NCBI RefSeq assembly: GCF_009914755.1
Contig: NC_060928.1
Reading direction: 5' to 3' (one strand)
Source of the DNA: the human T2T-CHM13v2.0 reference genome, Homo sapiens
Length of the DNA: 64,000 nt
In this document: positions 37,901-51,600 of the stretch, one piece after another
Numbering within the stretch: position 1 is the first letter of the stretch
Layout of the letters: every line of letters begins with the position of its first letter
The notes under the pieces: model-generated
Databases searched by the model: none
What the model was told of the DNA's origin: nothing
What the model saw: the letters and a program-made list of their open reading frames with translations, nothing else
Made by a program: the position numbers and the translations under genes

Positions 37901-40900
37901 TCAAGTAACAGAGTTGAACCTTCCTTTTGACACAGCAGTTTTGAAACAATCTTTTTGTAGAATCTGCAAGTGGATATTTGGATAGCTTTGAGGATTTCGT
38001 TGGAAACGGGATATCTTCATATAAAATCTAGACAGAAGCATTCTCAGAAACTTCTTTGTGCTGTATGTCCTCAATTAACAGAGTTGAACCATTGCTTGGA
38101 TACAGCATTTTGGAAACATTCCTTGAGTAGAATCTGCAAGTTGATATTTAGATAGATTTGAAGATTTCGTTGGAAAAGGGAATATCTCCATATAAAATCT
38201 AGAGGGAAGCATTCTCAGAAACTGCTTTGTGATGTTTCCATTCAAGTCACAGAGTTGAATATTCCCTTTTATAGAGCACGTTTGAAACACTCTTTCTGCA
38301 CTATCTGGAAGTGGACATTTCGAGCGCTTTGAGGCCTATGGTGAAAAAGGAAATATCTTCCCATAAAAACTAGACAGAAGCATTCTCAGAAACTTGTTTG
38401 TGATGTGTGTATTCAACTAACAGAGTTGAACTTTTGTTTTTACAGAGCCGTTTTAAAACACTCTTTTTGTGGAATCAGAAAGTGGATATTCGGATGGCTC
38501 TGAGGATTTCGTTGGAAGCGGGATTACATATAAAATCTAGAGAGAAGCATTCTCAGGAACTTCTTTGTGATGTTTGCATTGAAGTCACAGAATTGAACAT
38601 TCACTTTGATAGAGCAGGTTTGAAACACTCATTCTGTAGTATCTGGAAGTGGACATTTCAAGCGCTTTCAGGCCTATGGTGAGAAAGGAAATATCTTCGA
38701 ATAAAAACTAGACAGAAGCATCCTCAGAAACTTATTTGTGATGTGTGTCCTCAACTAACAGAGTTGAAACTTTGTTTTGATACAGCATTTTGGAAACACT
38801 CTTTTTGTAGAATCTGCAGGTGGATATTTGGATAGCTTAGAGGGATTCGTTGGAAAGGGGATATCTTCATATAAAATCTAGACAGAAGCATTCTCAGAAA
38901 CTTATTTGTGATGTGTGTCCTCAACTAACAGAGTTGAACCTTGGTTTTGATACAGCATTTTGGAAACACTCCTTTTGTAGAATCTGCAGGTGGATATGTG
39001 GATAGCTCTGAAGATTTCGTTGGAAACGGGAATTTCTTCATATAAAATCAAACAGAAGCATTCTCAGAAACTTCTCAGTGATGTTTGCATTCAGCTCATG
39101 GAGTTGAACACTTCCTTTCATAGAGCCGGTTTGAAACACTCTTTCTGCACTACCTGGAAGAGGCCATTTCGAGCGCTTTGAGTCCTATGGTGAAAAAGGA
39201 AATATCTTCTCATAAAAACCAGAAAGAAGCATTCTCAGAAACTTCTTTGTGTTGTGTGTACTCATGTAACAGTGTTGAACCATCCTTTTGACAGAGCAGT
39301 TTTGAAACACTCTTTTTGTAGAATCTGCAAGTGGATATTTGGATAGCTTTGAGGATTTCGTTGGAAACGGGATGACATATAATATGTAGAGAGAAGCATT
39401 CTCAGGAACTTCTTTGTGATGTTTGCATTCAAGTCACAGAATTGAACATTCCCTTTCATAGAGCAGGTTTGAAACACTCTTTCTCTAGTATCTGGAAGTG
39501 GGCATTTCAAGCGCTTTCAGGCCTATGGAGAGAAAGGAAATACCTTCAAATAAAAACTAGACAGAAGCATTCTCAGAAACTTATTTGTGATGTGTGTCCT
39601 CAACTAACAGAGTTGAACCTTTGTTTTGATACAGCATTTTGGAAACACTCCTTTTGTAGAATCTGCAGGTGGATATTTGGATAACTTTGAAGATTTCGTT
39701 GGAAACCGGAATATCTTCATATAAAATCAAGACAGAAGCATTCTCGGAAACATCTCTGTGATGTTTGCATTCAACTCAGTAGAGTTGAACACTTCCTTTC
39801 ATAGAGCCGGTTTGAAACACTCTTTCTGCACTACCTGGAAGCGGACATTTCGAGCGCTTTGAGGCCTATGGTGAAAAAGGAAATATCTTCTCATAAAAAC
39901 CAGAAAGAAGCATTCTCAGAAACTTCTTTGTGTTGTGTGTACTCAAGTAACAGTGTTGAACCTTCCTTTTGACACAGCAGTTTTGAAACACTCTTTTGGT
40001 AGAATCTGCAAGTGGATATTTGGATAGCTTTGAGGATTTCGTTGGAAACGGGTTATCTTCATATAAAATCCAGACAGGAGCATTCTCAGAAACTTCTTTG
40101 TGCTGCATGTCCTCAATTCACAGAGCTGAACCTTTGTTTGGATACAGCATTTTGGAAACATTCCTTTAGTAGAATCTGCAAGTTGATATTTAGATAGCTT
40201 TGAAGATTTCGTTGGAAACGGGAATATCTTCATAGAAAATCTAGACGGAAGCATTCTCAGAAACTGCTTTGTGATGTTTGCATTCAAGTCACAGAGTTGA
40301 ATATTCCCTTTTATAGAGTAGGTTTGAAACACTCTTTCGGCACTACCTGGAAGTGGATATTTCGAGCTCTTTGAGGCCTATGGTTAAAAGGAAATATCTT
40401 CCCATAAAAACTAGACAGAAGCCGTCTCAGAAACTTGTTTGTGATGTGTGTATTCAACTACCAGAGTTGAACATTTCTGTTACAGAGCAATTTTAAAACA
40501 CTCTTTTTGTGGAATCTGAAAGTGGATAATTGGATAGCTTTGTGGATTTCGTTGGAAACGGGATGACGTATAAAATCTAGAGAGAAGCATTCTCAGGAAC
40601 TTCTTTGTGATGTTTGCATTCAAGTCACAGAATTGAACATTCCTTTTCATAGTGCAGGTTTGAAACACTCTTTCTGTAGTATCTGGAAGTGGACATTTCA
40701 AGCGCTTTCAGGCCTACGGGGAGAAAGGAAATATCTTCAAATAAAAACTAGACAGAAGGATTCTCAGAAACTTATTTGTGATGTGTGTCCTAAACGAACA
40801 CAGTTGAACCTTTGTTTAGATACAGCATTTTGGAAACACTCCTTTTGTAGGATCTGCAGGTGGATATTTGGATAGATTTTAAGATTTCGTTGGAAACGGG

Positions 40901-41612
40901 AGTTTCTTCATAGAAACTCAAGACAGATGCATTCTCAGAAACATCTCTGTGATGTTTGAATTCCACTCATAGAGTTGAAAACTTCCTTTCATAGAGCAGG
41001 TTTGAAACACTCTTTTTGTAATATTTGGAAGTGGACATTTGCAGCGCTTTGAGGCCTATGGTGAAAAAGGAAATATCTTCTCATAAAAACCAGAAACAAG
41101 CATTCTCAGAAACTTCTTTTTGATGTGTGTACTCAAGTAACAGAGTTGAACCTTCCTTTTGACACAGCAGTTTTGAAACAATCTTTTTGTAGAATCTGCA
41201 AGTGGATATTTGGATAGCTTTGAGGATTTCGTTGGAAACGGGATATCTTCATATAAAATCTAGACAGAAGCATTCTCAGAAACTTCTTTGTGCTGTATGT
41301 CCTCAATTAACAGAGTTGAACCATTGCTTGGATACAGCATTTTGGAAACATTCCTTGAGTAGAATCTGCAAGTTGATATTGAGATAGATTTGAAGATTTC
41401 GTTGGAAAAGGGAATATCTCCATATAAAATCTAGACGGAAGCATTCTCAGAAACTGCTTTGTGATGTTTCCATTCAAGTCACAGAGTTGAATATTCCCTT
41501 TTATAGAGCACGTTTGAAACACTCTTTCTGCACTATCTGGAAGTGGACATTTCGAGCGCTTTGAGGCCTATGGTGAAAAAGGAAATATCTTCCCATAAAA
41601 ATTAGACAGAAG
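31921..41612 (+). repeat. Three 19-mer HOR units (3228, 3232, 3232 bp)
   Basis: Unit starts at 31921, 35149, 38381. The first has a 4-bp deletion in m19 (ACACTCTGCACT at ~35059-35070). Confidence 0.92.
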
Positions 41613-42629
41613 CATTCTCAGAAACTTGTTTGTGATGTGTGTATTCAACTAACAGAGTTGAACTTTTGTTTTTACAGAGCCGTTTTAAAACACTCTTTTT
41701 GTGGAATCAGAAAGTGGATATTCGGATGGCTCTGAGGATTTCGTTGGAAGCGGGATTACATATAAAATCTAGAGAGAAGCATTCTCAGGAACTTCTTTGT
41801 GATGTTTGCATTGAAGTCACAGAATTGAACATTCACTTTGATAGAGCAGGTTTGAAACACTCATTCTGTAGTATCTGGAAGTGGACATTTCAAGCGCTTT
41901 CAGGCCTATGGTGAAAAAGGAAATATCTTCGAATAAAAACTAGACAGAAGCATCCTCAGAAACTTATTTGTGATGTGTGTCCTCAACTAACAGAGTTGAA
42001 ACTTTGTTTTGATACAGCATTTTGGAAACACTCCTTTTGTAGAATCTGCAGGTGGATATGTGGATAGCTCTGACGATTTCGTTGGAAACGGGAATTTCTT
42101 CATATAAAATCAAACAGAAGCATTCTCAGAAACTTCTCAGTGATGTTTGCATTCAGCTCATGGAGTTGAACACTTCCTTTCATAGAGCCGGTTTGAAACA
42201 CTCTTTCTGCACTACCTGGAAGAGGCCATTTCGAGCGCTTTGAGTCCTATGGTGAAAAAGGAAATATCTTCTCATAAAAACCAGAAAGAAGCATTCTCAG
42301 AAACTTCTTTGTGTTGTGTGTACTCATGTAACAGTGTTGAACCATCCTTTTGACAGAGCAGTTTTGAAACACTCTTTTTGTAGAATCTGCAAGTGGATAT
42401 TTGGATAGCTTTGAGGATTTCGTTGGAAACGGGATGACATATAATATCTAGAGAGAAGCATTCTCAGGAACTTCTTTGTGCTGTTTGCATTCAAGTCACA
42501 GAATTGAACATTCCCTTTCATAGAGCAGATTTGAAACACTCTTTCTCTAGTATCTGGAAGTGGGCATTTCAAGCGCTTTCAGGCCTATTGAGAGAAAGGA
42601 AATACCTTCAAATAAAAACTAGACAGAAG
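41613..42629 (+). repeat. Isolated 6-mer HOR variant (1017 bp)
   Basis: Spacing 41639->42656, with the same diagnostic SNPs as the other 6-mers. Confidence 0.93.
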
Positions 42630-45600
42630 CATTCTCAGAAACTTGTTTGTGATGTGTGTATTCAACTAACAGAGTTGAACTTTTGTTTTTACAGAGCCGT
42701 TTTAAAACACTCTTTTTGTGGAATCAGAAAGTGGATATTCGGATGGCTCTGAGGATTTCGTTGGAAGCGGGATTACATATAAAATCTAGAGAGAAGCATT
42801 CTCAGGAACTTCTTTGTGATGTTTGCATTGAAGTCACAGAATTGAACATTCACTTTGATAGAGCAGGTTTGAAACACTCATTCTGTAGTATCTGGAAGTG
42901 GACATTTCAAGCGCTTTCAGGCCTATGGTGAGAAAGGAAATATCTTCGAATAAAAACTAGACAGAAGCATCCTCAGAAACTTATTTGTGATGTGTGTCCT
43001 CAACTAACAGAGTTGAAACTTTGTTTTGATACAGCATTTTGGAAACACTCTTTTTGTAGAATCTGCAGGTGGATATTTGGATAGCTTAGAGGGATTCGTT
43101 GGAAAGGGGATATCTTCATATAAAATCTAGACAGAAGCATTCTCAGAAACTTATTTGTGATGTGTTTCCTCAACTAACAGAGTTGAACCTTGGTTTTGAT
43201 ACAGCATTTTGGAAACACTCCTTTTGTAGAATCTGCAGGTGGATATGTGGATAGCTCTGAAGATTTCGTTGGAAACGGGAATTTCTTCATATAAAATCAA
43301 ACAGAAGCATTCTCAGAAACTTCTCAGTGATGTTTGCATTCAGCTCATGGAGTTGAACACTTCCTTTCATAGAGCCGGTTTGAAACACTCTTTCTGCACT
43401 ACCTGGAAGAGGCCATTTCGAGCGCTTTGAGTCCTATGGTGAAAAAGGAAATATCTTCTCATAAAAACCAGAAAGAAGCATTCTCAGAAACTTCTTTGTG
43501 TTGTGTGTACTCATGTAACAGTGTTGAACCATCCTTTTGACAGAGCAGTTTTGAAACACTCTTTTTGTAGAATCTGCAAGTGGATATTTGGATAGCTTTG
43601 AGGATTTCGTTGGAAACGGGATGACATATAATATCTAGAGAGAAGCATTCTCAGGAACTTCTTTGTGATGTTTGCATTCAAGTCACAGAATTGAACATTC
43701 CCTTTCATAGAGCAGGTTTGAAACACTCTTTCTCTAGTATCTGGAAGTGGGCATTTCAAGCGCTTTCAGGCCTATGGAGAGAAAGGAAATACCTTCAAAT
43801 AAAAACTAGACAGAAGCATTCTCAGAAACTTATTTGTGATGTGTGTCCTCAACTAACAGAGTTGAACCTTTGTTTTGATACAGCATTTTGGAAACACTCC
43901 TTTTGTAGAATCTGCAGGTGGATATTTGGATAACTTTGAAGATTTCGTTGGAAACCGGAATATCTTCATATAAAATCAAGACAGAAGCATTCTCGGAAAC
44001 ATCTCTGTGATGTTTGCATTCAACTCAGTAGAGTTGAACACTTCCTTTCATAGAGCCGGTTTGAAACACTCTTTCTGCACTACCTGGAAGCGGACATTTC
44101 GAGCGCTTTGAGGCCTATGGTGAAAAAGGAAATATCTTCTCATAAAAACCAGAAAGAAGCATTCTCAGAAACTTCTTTGTGTTGTGTGTACTCAAGTAAC
44201 AGTGTTGAACCTTCCTTTTGACACAGCAGTTTTGAAACACTCTTTTGGTAGAATCTGCAAGTGGATATTTGGATAGCTTTGAGGATTTCGTTGGAAACGG
44301 GTTATCTTCATATAAAATCCAGACAGGAGCATTCTCAGAAACTTCTTTGTGCTGCATGTCCTCAATTCACAGAGCTGAACCTTTGTTTGGATACAGCATT
44401 TTGGAAACATTCCTTTAGTAGAATCTGCAAGTTGATATTTAGATAGCTTTGAAGATTTCGTTGGAAACGGGAATATCTTCATAGAAAATCTAGACGGAAG
44501 CATTCTCAGAAACTGCTTTGTGATGTTTGCATTCAAGTCACAGAGTTGAATATTCCCTTTTATAGAGTAGGTTTGAAACACTCTTTCGGCACTACCTGGA
44601 AGTGGATATTTCGAGCTCTTTGAGGCCTATGGTTAAAAGGAAATATCTTCCCATAAAAACTAGACAGAAGCCGTCTCAGAAACTTGTTTGTGATGTGTGT
44701 ATTCAACTACCAGAGTTGAACATTTCTGTTACAGAGCAATTTTAAAACACTCTTTTTGTGGAATCTGAAAGTGGATAATTGGATAGCTTTGTGGATTTCG
44801 TTGGAAACGGGATGACGTATAAAATCTAGAGAGAAGCATTCTCAGGAACTTCTTTCTGATGTTTGCATTCAAGTCACAGAATTGAACATTCCTTTTCATA
44901 GTGCAGGTTTGAAACACTCTTTCTGTAGTATCTGGAAGTGGACATTTCAAGCGCTTTCAGGCCTACGGGGAGAAAGGAAATATCTTCAAATAAAAACTAG
45001 ACAGAAGGATTCTCAGAAACTTATTTGTGATGTGTGTCCTAAACGAACACAGTTGAACCTTTGTTTTGATACAGCATTTTGGAAACACTCCTTTTGTAGG
45101 ATCTGCAGGTGGATATTTGGATAGATTTTAAGATTTCGTTGGAAACGGGAGTTTCTTCATAGAAACTCAAGACAGATGCATTCTCAGAAACATCTCTGTG
45201 ATGTTTGCATTCCACTCATAGAGTTGAAAACTTCCTTTCATAGAGCAGGTTTGAAACACTCTTTTTGTAATATTTGGAAGTGGACATTTGCAGCGCTTTG
45301 AGGCCTATGGTGAAAAAGGAAATATCTTCTCATAAAAACCAGAAACAAGCATTCTCAGAAACTTCTTTTTGATGTGTGTACTCAAGTAACAGAGTTGAAC
45401 CTTCCTTTTGACACAGCAGTTTTGAAACAATCTTTTTGTAGAATCTGCAAGTGGATATTTGGATAGCTTTGAGGATTTCGTTGGAAACGGGATATCTTCA
45501 TATAAAATCTAGACAGAAGCTTTCTCAGAAACTTCTTTGTGCTGTATGTCCTCAATTAACAGAGTTGAACCATTGCTTGGATACAGCATTTTGGAAACAT

Positions 45601-48600
45601 TCCTTGAGTAGAATCTGCAAGTTGATATTTAGATAGATTTGAAGATTTCGTTGGAAAAGGGAATATCTCCATATAAAATCTAGAGGGAAGCATTCTCAGA
45701 AACTGCTTTGTGATGTTTCCATTCAAGTCACAGAGTTGAATATTCCCTTTTATAGAGCACGTTTGAAACACTCTTTCTGCACTATCTGGAAGTGGACATT
45801 TCGAGCGCTTTGAGGCCTATGGTGAAAAAGGAAATATCTTCCCATAAAAACTAGACAGAAGCATTCTCAGAAACTTGTTTGTGATGTGTGTATTCAACTA
45901 ACAGAGTTGAACTTTTGTTTTTACAGAGCCGTTTTAAAACACTCTTTTTGTGGAATCAGAAAGTGGATATTCGGATGGCTCTGAGGATTTCGTTGGAAGC
46001 GGGATTACATATAAAATCTAGAGAGAAGCATTCTCAGGAACTTCTTTGTGATGTTTGCATTGAAGTCACAGAATTGAACATTCACTTTGATAGAGCAGGT
46101 TTGAAACACTCATTCTGTAGTATCTGGAAGTGGACATTTCAAGCGCTTTCAGGCCTATGGTGAGAAAGGAAATATCTTCGAATAAAAACTAGACAGAAGC
46201 ATCCTCAGAAACTTATTTGTGATGTGTGTCCTCAACTAACAGAGTTGAAACTTTGTTTTGATACAGCATTTTGGAAACACTCTTTTTGTAGAATCTGCAG
46301 GTGGATATTTGGATAGCTTAGAGGGATTCGTTGGAAAGGGGATATCTTCATATAAAATCTAGACAGAAGCATTCGCAGAAACTTATTTGTGATGTGTGTC
46401 CTCAACTAACAGAGTTGAACCTTGGTTTTGATACAGCATTTTGGAAACGCTCCTTTTGTAGAATCTGCAGGTGGATATGTGGATAGCTCTGAAGATTTCG
46501 TTGGAAACGGGAATTTCTTCATATAAAATCAAACAGAAGCATTCTCAGAAACTTCTCAGTGATGTTTGCATTCAGCTCATGGAGTTGAACACTTCCTTTC
46601 ATAGAGCCGGTTTGAAACACTCTTTCTGCACTACCTGGAAGAGGACATTTCGAGCGCTTTGAGTCCTATGGTGAAAAAGGAAATATCTTCTCATAAAAAC
46701 CAGAAAGAAGCATTCTCAGAAACTTCTTTGTGTTGTGTGTACTCATGTAACAGTGTTGAACCATCCTTTTGACAGAGCAGTTTTGAAACACTCTTTTTGT
46801 AGAATCTGCAAGTGGATATTTGGATAGCTTTGAGGATTTCGTTGGAAACGGGATGACATATAATATCTAGAGAGAAGCATTCTCAGGAACTTCTTTGTGA
46901 TGTTTGCATTCAAGTCACAGAATTGAACATTCCCTTTCATAGAGCAGGTTTGAAACACTCTTTCTCTAGTATCTGGAAGTGGGCATTTCAAGCGCTTTCA
47001 GGCCTATGGAGAGAAAGGAAATACCTTCAAATAAAAACTAGACAGAAGCATTCTCAGAAACTTATTTGTGATGTGTGTCCTCAACTAACAGAGTTGAACC
47101 TTTGTTTTGATACAGCATTTTGGAAACACTCCTTTTGTAGAATCTGCAGTTGGATATTTGGATAACTTTGAAGATTTCGTTGGAAACCGGAATATCTTCA
47201 TATAAAATCAAGACAGAAGCATTCTCGGAAACATCTCTGTGATGTTTGCATTCAACTCAGTAGAGTTGAACACTTCCTTTCATAGAGCCGGTTTGAAACA
47301 CTCTTTCTGCACTACCTGGAAGCGGACATTTCGAGCGCTTTGAGGCCTATGGTGAAAAAGGAAATATCTTCTCATAAAAACCAGAAAGAAGCATTCTCAG
47401 AAACTTCTTTGTGTTGTGTGTACTCAAGTAACAGTGTTGAACCTTCCTTTTGACACAGCAGTTTTGAAACACTCTTTTGGTAGAATCTGCAAGTGGATAT
47501 TTGGATAGCTTTGAGGATTTCGTTGGAAACGGGTTATCTTCATGTAAAATCCAGACAGGAGCATTCTCAGAAACTTCTTTGTGCTGCATGTCCTCAATTC
47601 ACAGAGCTGAACCTTTGTTTGGATACAGCATTTTGGAAACATTCCTTTAGTAGAATCTGCAAGTTGATATTTAGATAGCTTTGAAGATTTCGTTGGAAAC
47701 GGGAATATCTTCATAGAAAATCTAGACGGAAGCATTCTCAGAAACTGCTTTGTGATGTTTGCATTCAAGTCACAGAGTTGAATATTCCCTTTTATAGAGT
47801 AGGTTTGAAACACTCTTTCGGCACTACCTGGAAGTGGATATTTCGAGCTCTTTGAGGCCTATGGTTAAAAGGAAATATCTTCCCATAAAAACTAGACAGA
47901 AGCCGTCTCAGAAACTTGTTTGTGATGTGTGTATTCAACTAACAGAGTTGAACATTTCTGTTACAGAGCAATTTTAAAACACTCTTTTTGTGGAATCTGA
48001 AAGTGGATAATTGGATAGCTTTGTGGATTTCGTTGGAAACGGGATGACGTATAAAATCTAGAGAGAAGCATTCTCAGGAACTTCTTTCTGATGTTTGCAT
48101 TCAAGTCACAGAATTGAACATTCCTTTTCATAGTGCAGGTTTGAAACACTCTTTCTGTAGTATCTGGAAGTGGACATTTCAAGCGCTTTCAGGCCTACGG
48201 GGAGAAAGGAAATATCTTCAAATAAAAACTAGACAGAAGGATTCTCAGAAACTTATTTGTGATGTGTGTCCTAAACGAACACAGTTGAACCTTTGTTTAG
48301 ATACAGCATTTTGGAAACACTCCTTTTGTAGGATCTGCAGGTGGATATTTGGATAGATTTTAAGATTTCGTTGGAAACGGGAGTTTCTTCATAGAAACTC
48401 AAGACAGATGCATTCTCAGAAACATCTCTGTGATGTTTGCATTCCACTCATAGAGTTGAAAACTTCCTTTCATAGAGCAGGTTTGAAACACTCTTTTTGT
48501 AATATTTGGAAGTGGACATTTGCAGCGCTTTGAGGCCTATGGTGAAAAAGGAAATATCTTCTCATAAAAACCAGAAACAAGCATTCTCAGAAACTTCTTT

Positions 48601-51600
48601 TTGATGTGTGTACTCAAGTAACAGAGTTGAACCTTCCTTTTGACACAGCAGTTTTGAAACAATCTTTTTGTAGAATCTGCAAGTGGATATTTGGATAGCT
48701 TTGAGGATTTCGTTGGAAACGGGATATCTTCATATAAAATCTAGACAGAAGCATTCTCAGAAACTTCTTTGTGCTGTATGTCCTCAATTAACAGAGTTGA
48801 ACCATTGCTTGGATACAGCATTTTGGAAACATTCCTTGAGTAGAATCTGCAAGTTGATATTTAGATAGATTTGAAGATTTCGTTGGAAAAGGGAATATCT
48901 CCATATAAAATCTAGAGGGAAGCATTCTCAGAAACTGCTTTGTGATGTTTCCATTCAAGTCACAGAGTTGAATATTCCCTTTTATAGAGCACGTTTGAAA
49001 CACTCTTTCTGCACTATCTGGAAGTGGACATTTCGAGCGCTTTGAGGCCTATGGTGAAAAAGGAAATATCTTCCCATAAAAACTAGACAGAAGCATTCTC
49101 AGAAACTTGTTTGTGATGTGTGTATTCAACTAACAGAGTTGAACTTTTGTTTTTACAGAGCCGTTTTAAAACACTCTTTTTGTGGAATCAGAAAGTGGAT
49201 ATTCGGATGGCTCTGAGGATTTCGTTGGAAGCGGGATTACGTATAAAATCTAGAGAGAAGCATTCTCAGGAACTTCTTTGTGATGTTTGCATTGAAGTCA
49301 CAGAATTGAACATTCACTTTGATAGAGCAGGTTTGAAACACTCATTCTGTAGTATCTGGAAGTGGACATTTCAAGCGCTTTCAGGCCTATGGTGAGAAAG
49401 GAAATATCTTCGAATAAAAACTAGACAGAAGCATCCTCAGAAACTTATTTGTGATGTGTGTCCTCAACTAACAGAGTTGAAACTTTGTTTTGATACAGCA
49501 TTTTGGAAACACTCTTTTTGTAGAATCTGCAGGTGGATATTTGGATAGCTTAGAGGGATTCGTTGGAAAGGGGATATCTTCATATAAAATCTAGACAGAA
49601 GCATTCTCAGAAACTTATTTGTGATGTGTGTCCTCAACTAACAGAGTTGAACCTTGGTTTTCATACAGCATTTTGGAAACGCTCCTTTTGTAGAATCTGC
49701 AGGTGGATATGTGGATAGCTCTGAAGATTTCGTTGGAAACGGGAATTTCTTCATATAAAATCAAACAGAAGCATTCTCAGAAACTTCTCAGTGATGTTTG
49801 CATTCAGCTCATGGAGTTGAACACTTCCTTTCATAGAGCCGGTTTGAAACACTCTTTCTGCACTACCTGGAAGAGGACATTTCGAGCGCTTTGAGTCCTA
49901 TGGTGAAAAAGGAAATATCTTCTCATAAAAACCAGAAAGAAGCATTCTCAGAAACTTCTTTGTGTTGTGTGTACTCATGTAACAGTGTTGAACCATCCTT
50001 TTGACAGAGCAGTTTTGAAACACTCTTTTTGTAGAATCTGCAAGTGGATATTTGGATAGCTTTGAGGATTTCGTTGGAAACGGGATGACATATAATATCT
50101 AGAGAGAAGCATTCTCAGGAACTTCTTTGTGATGTTTGCATTCAAGTCACAGAATTGAACATTCCCTTTCATAGAGCAGGTTTGAAACACTCTTTCTCTA
50201 GTATCTGGAAGTGGGCATTTCAAGCGCTTTCAGGCCTATGGAGAGAAAGGAAATACCTTCAAATAAAAACTAGACAGAAGCATTCTCAGAAACTTATTTG
50301 TGATGTGTGTCCTCAACTAACAGAGTTGAACCTTTGTTTTGATACAGCATTTTGGAAACACTCCTTTTGTAGAATCTGCAGGTGGATATTTGGATAACTT
50401 TGAAGATTTCGTTGGAAACCGGAATATCTTCATATAAAATCAAGACAGAAGCATTCTCGGAAACATCTCTGTGATGTTTGCATTCAACTCAGTAGAGTTG
50501 AACACTTCCTTTCATAGAGCCGGTTTGAAACACTCTTTCTGCACTACCTGGAAGCGGACATTTCGAGCGCTTTGAGGCCTATGGTGAAAAAGGAAATATC
50601 TTCTCATAAAAACCAGAAAGAAGCATTCTCAGAAACTTCTTTGTGTTGTGTGTACTCAAGTAACAGTGTTGAACCTTCCTTTTGACACAGCAGTTTTGAA
50701 ACACTCTTTTGGTAGAATCTGCAAGTGGATATTTGGATAGCTTTGAGGATTTCGTTGGAAACGGGTTATCTTCATATAAAATCCAGACAGGAGCATTCTC
50801 AGAAACTTCTTTGTGCTGCATGTCCTCAATTCACAGAGCTGAACCTTTGTTTGGATACAGCATTTTGGAAACATTCCTTTAGTAGAATCTGCAAGTTGAT
50901 ATTTAGATAGCTTTGAAGATTTCGTTGGAAACGGGAATATCTTCATAGAAAATCTAGACGGAAGCATTCTCAGAAACTGCTTTGTGATGTTTGCATTCAA
51001 GTCACAGAGTTGAATATTCCCTTTTATAGAGTAGGTTTGAAACACTCTTTCGGCACTACCTGGAAGTGGATATTTCGAGCTCTTTGAGGCCTATGGTTAA
51101 AAGGAAATATCTTCCCATAAAAACTAGACAGAAGCCGTCTCAGAAACTTGTTTGTGATGTGTGTATTCAACTAACAGAGTTGAACATTTCTGTTACAGAG
51201 CAATTTTAAAACACTCTTTTTGTGGAATCTGAAAGTGGATAATTGGATAGCTTTGTGGATTTCGTTGGAAACGGGATGACGTATAAAATCTAGAGAGAAG
51301 CATTCTCAGGAACTTCTTTGTGATGTTTGCATTCAAGTCACAGAATTGAACATTCCTTTTCATAGTGCAGGTTTGAAACACTCTTTCTGTAGTATCTGGA
51401 AGTGGACATTTCAAGCGCTTTCAGGCCTACGGGGAGAAAGGAAATATCTTCAAATAAAAACTAGACAGAAGGATTCTCAGAAACTTATTTGTGATGTGTG
51501 TCCTAAACGAACACAGTTGAACCTTTGTTTAGATACAGCATTTTGGAAACACTCCTTTTGTAGGATCTGCAGGTGGATATTTGGATAGATTTTAAGATTT

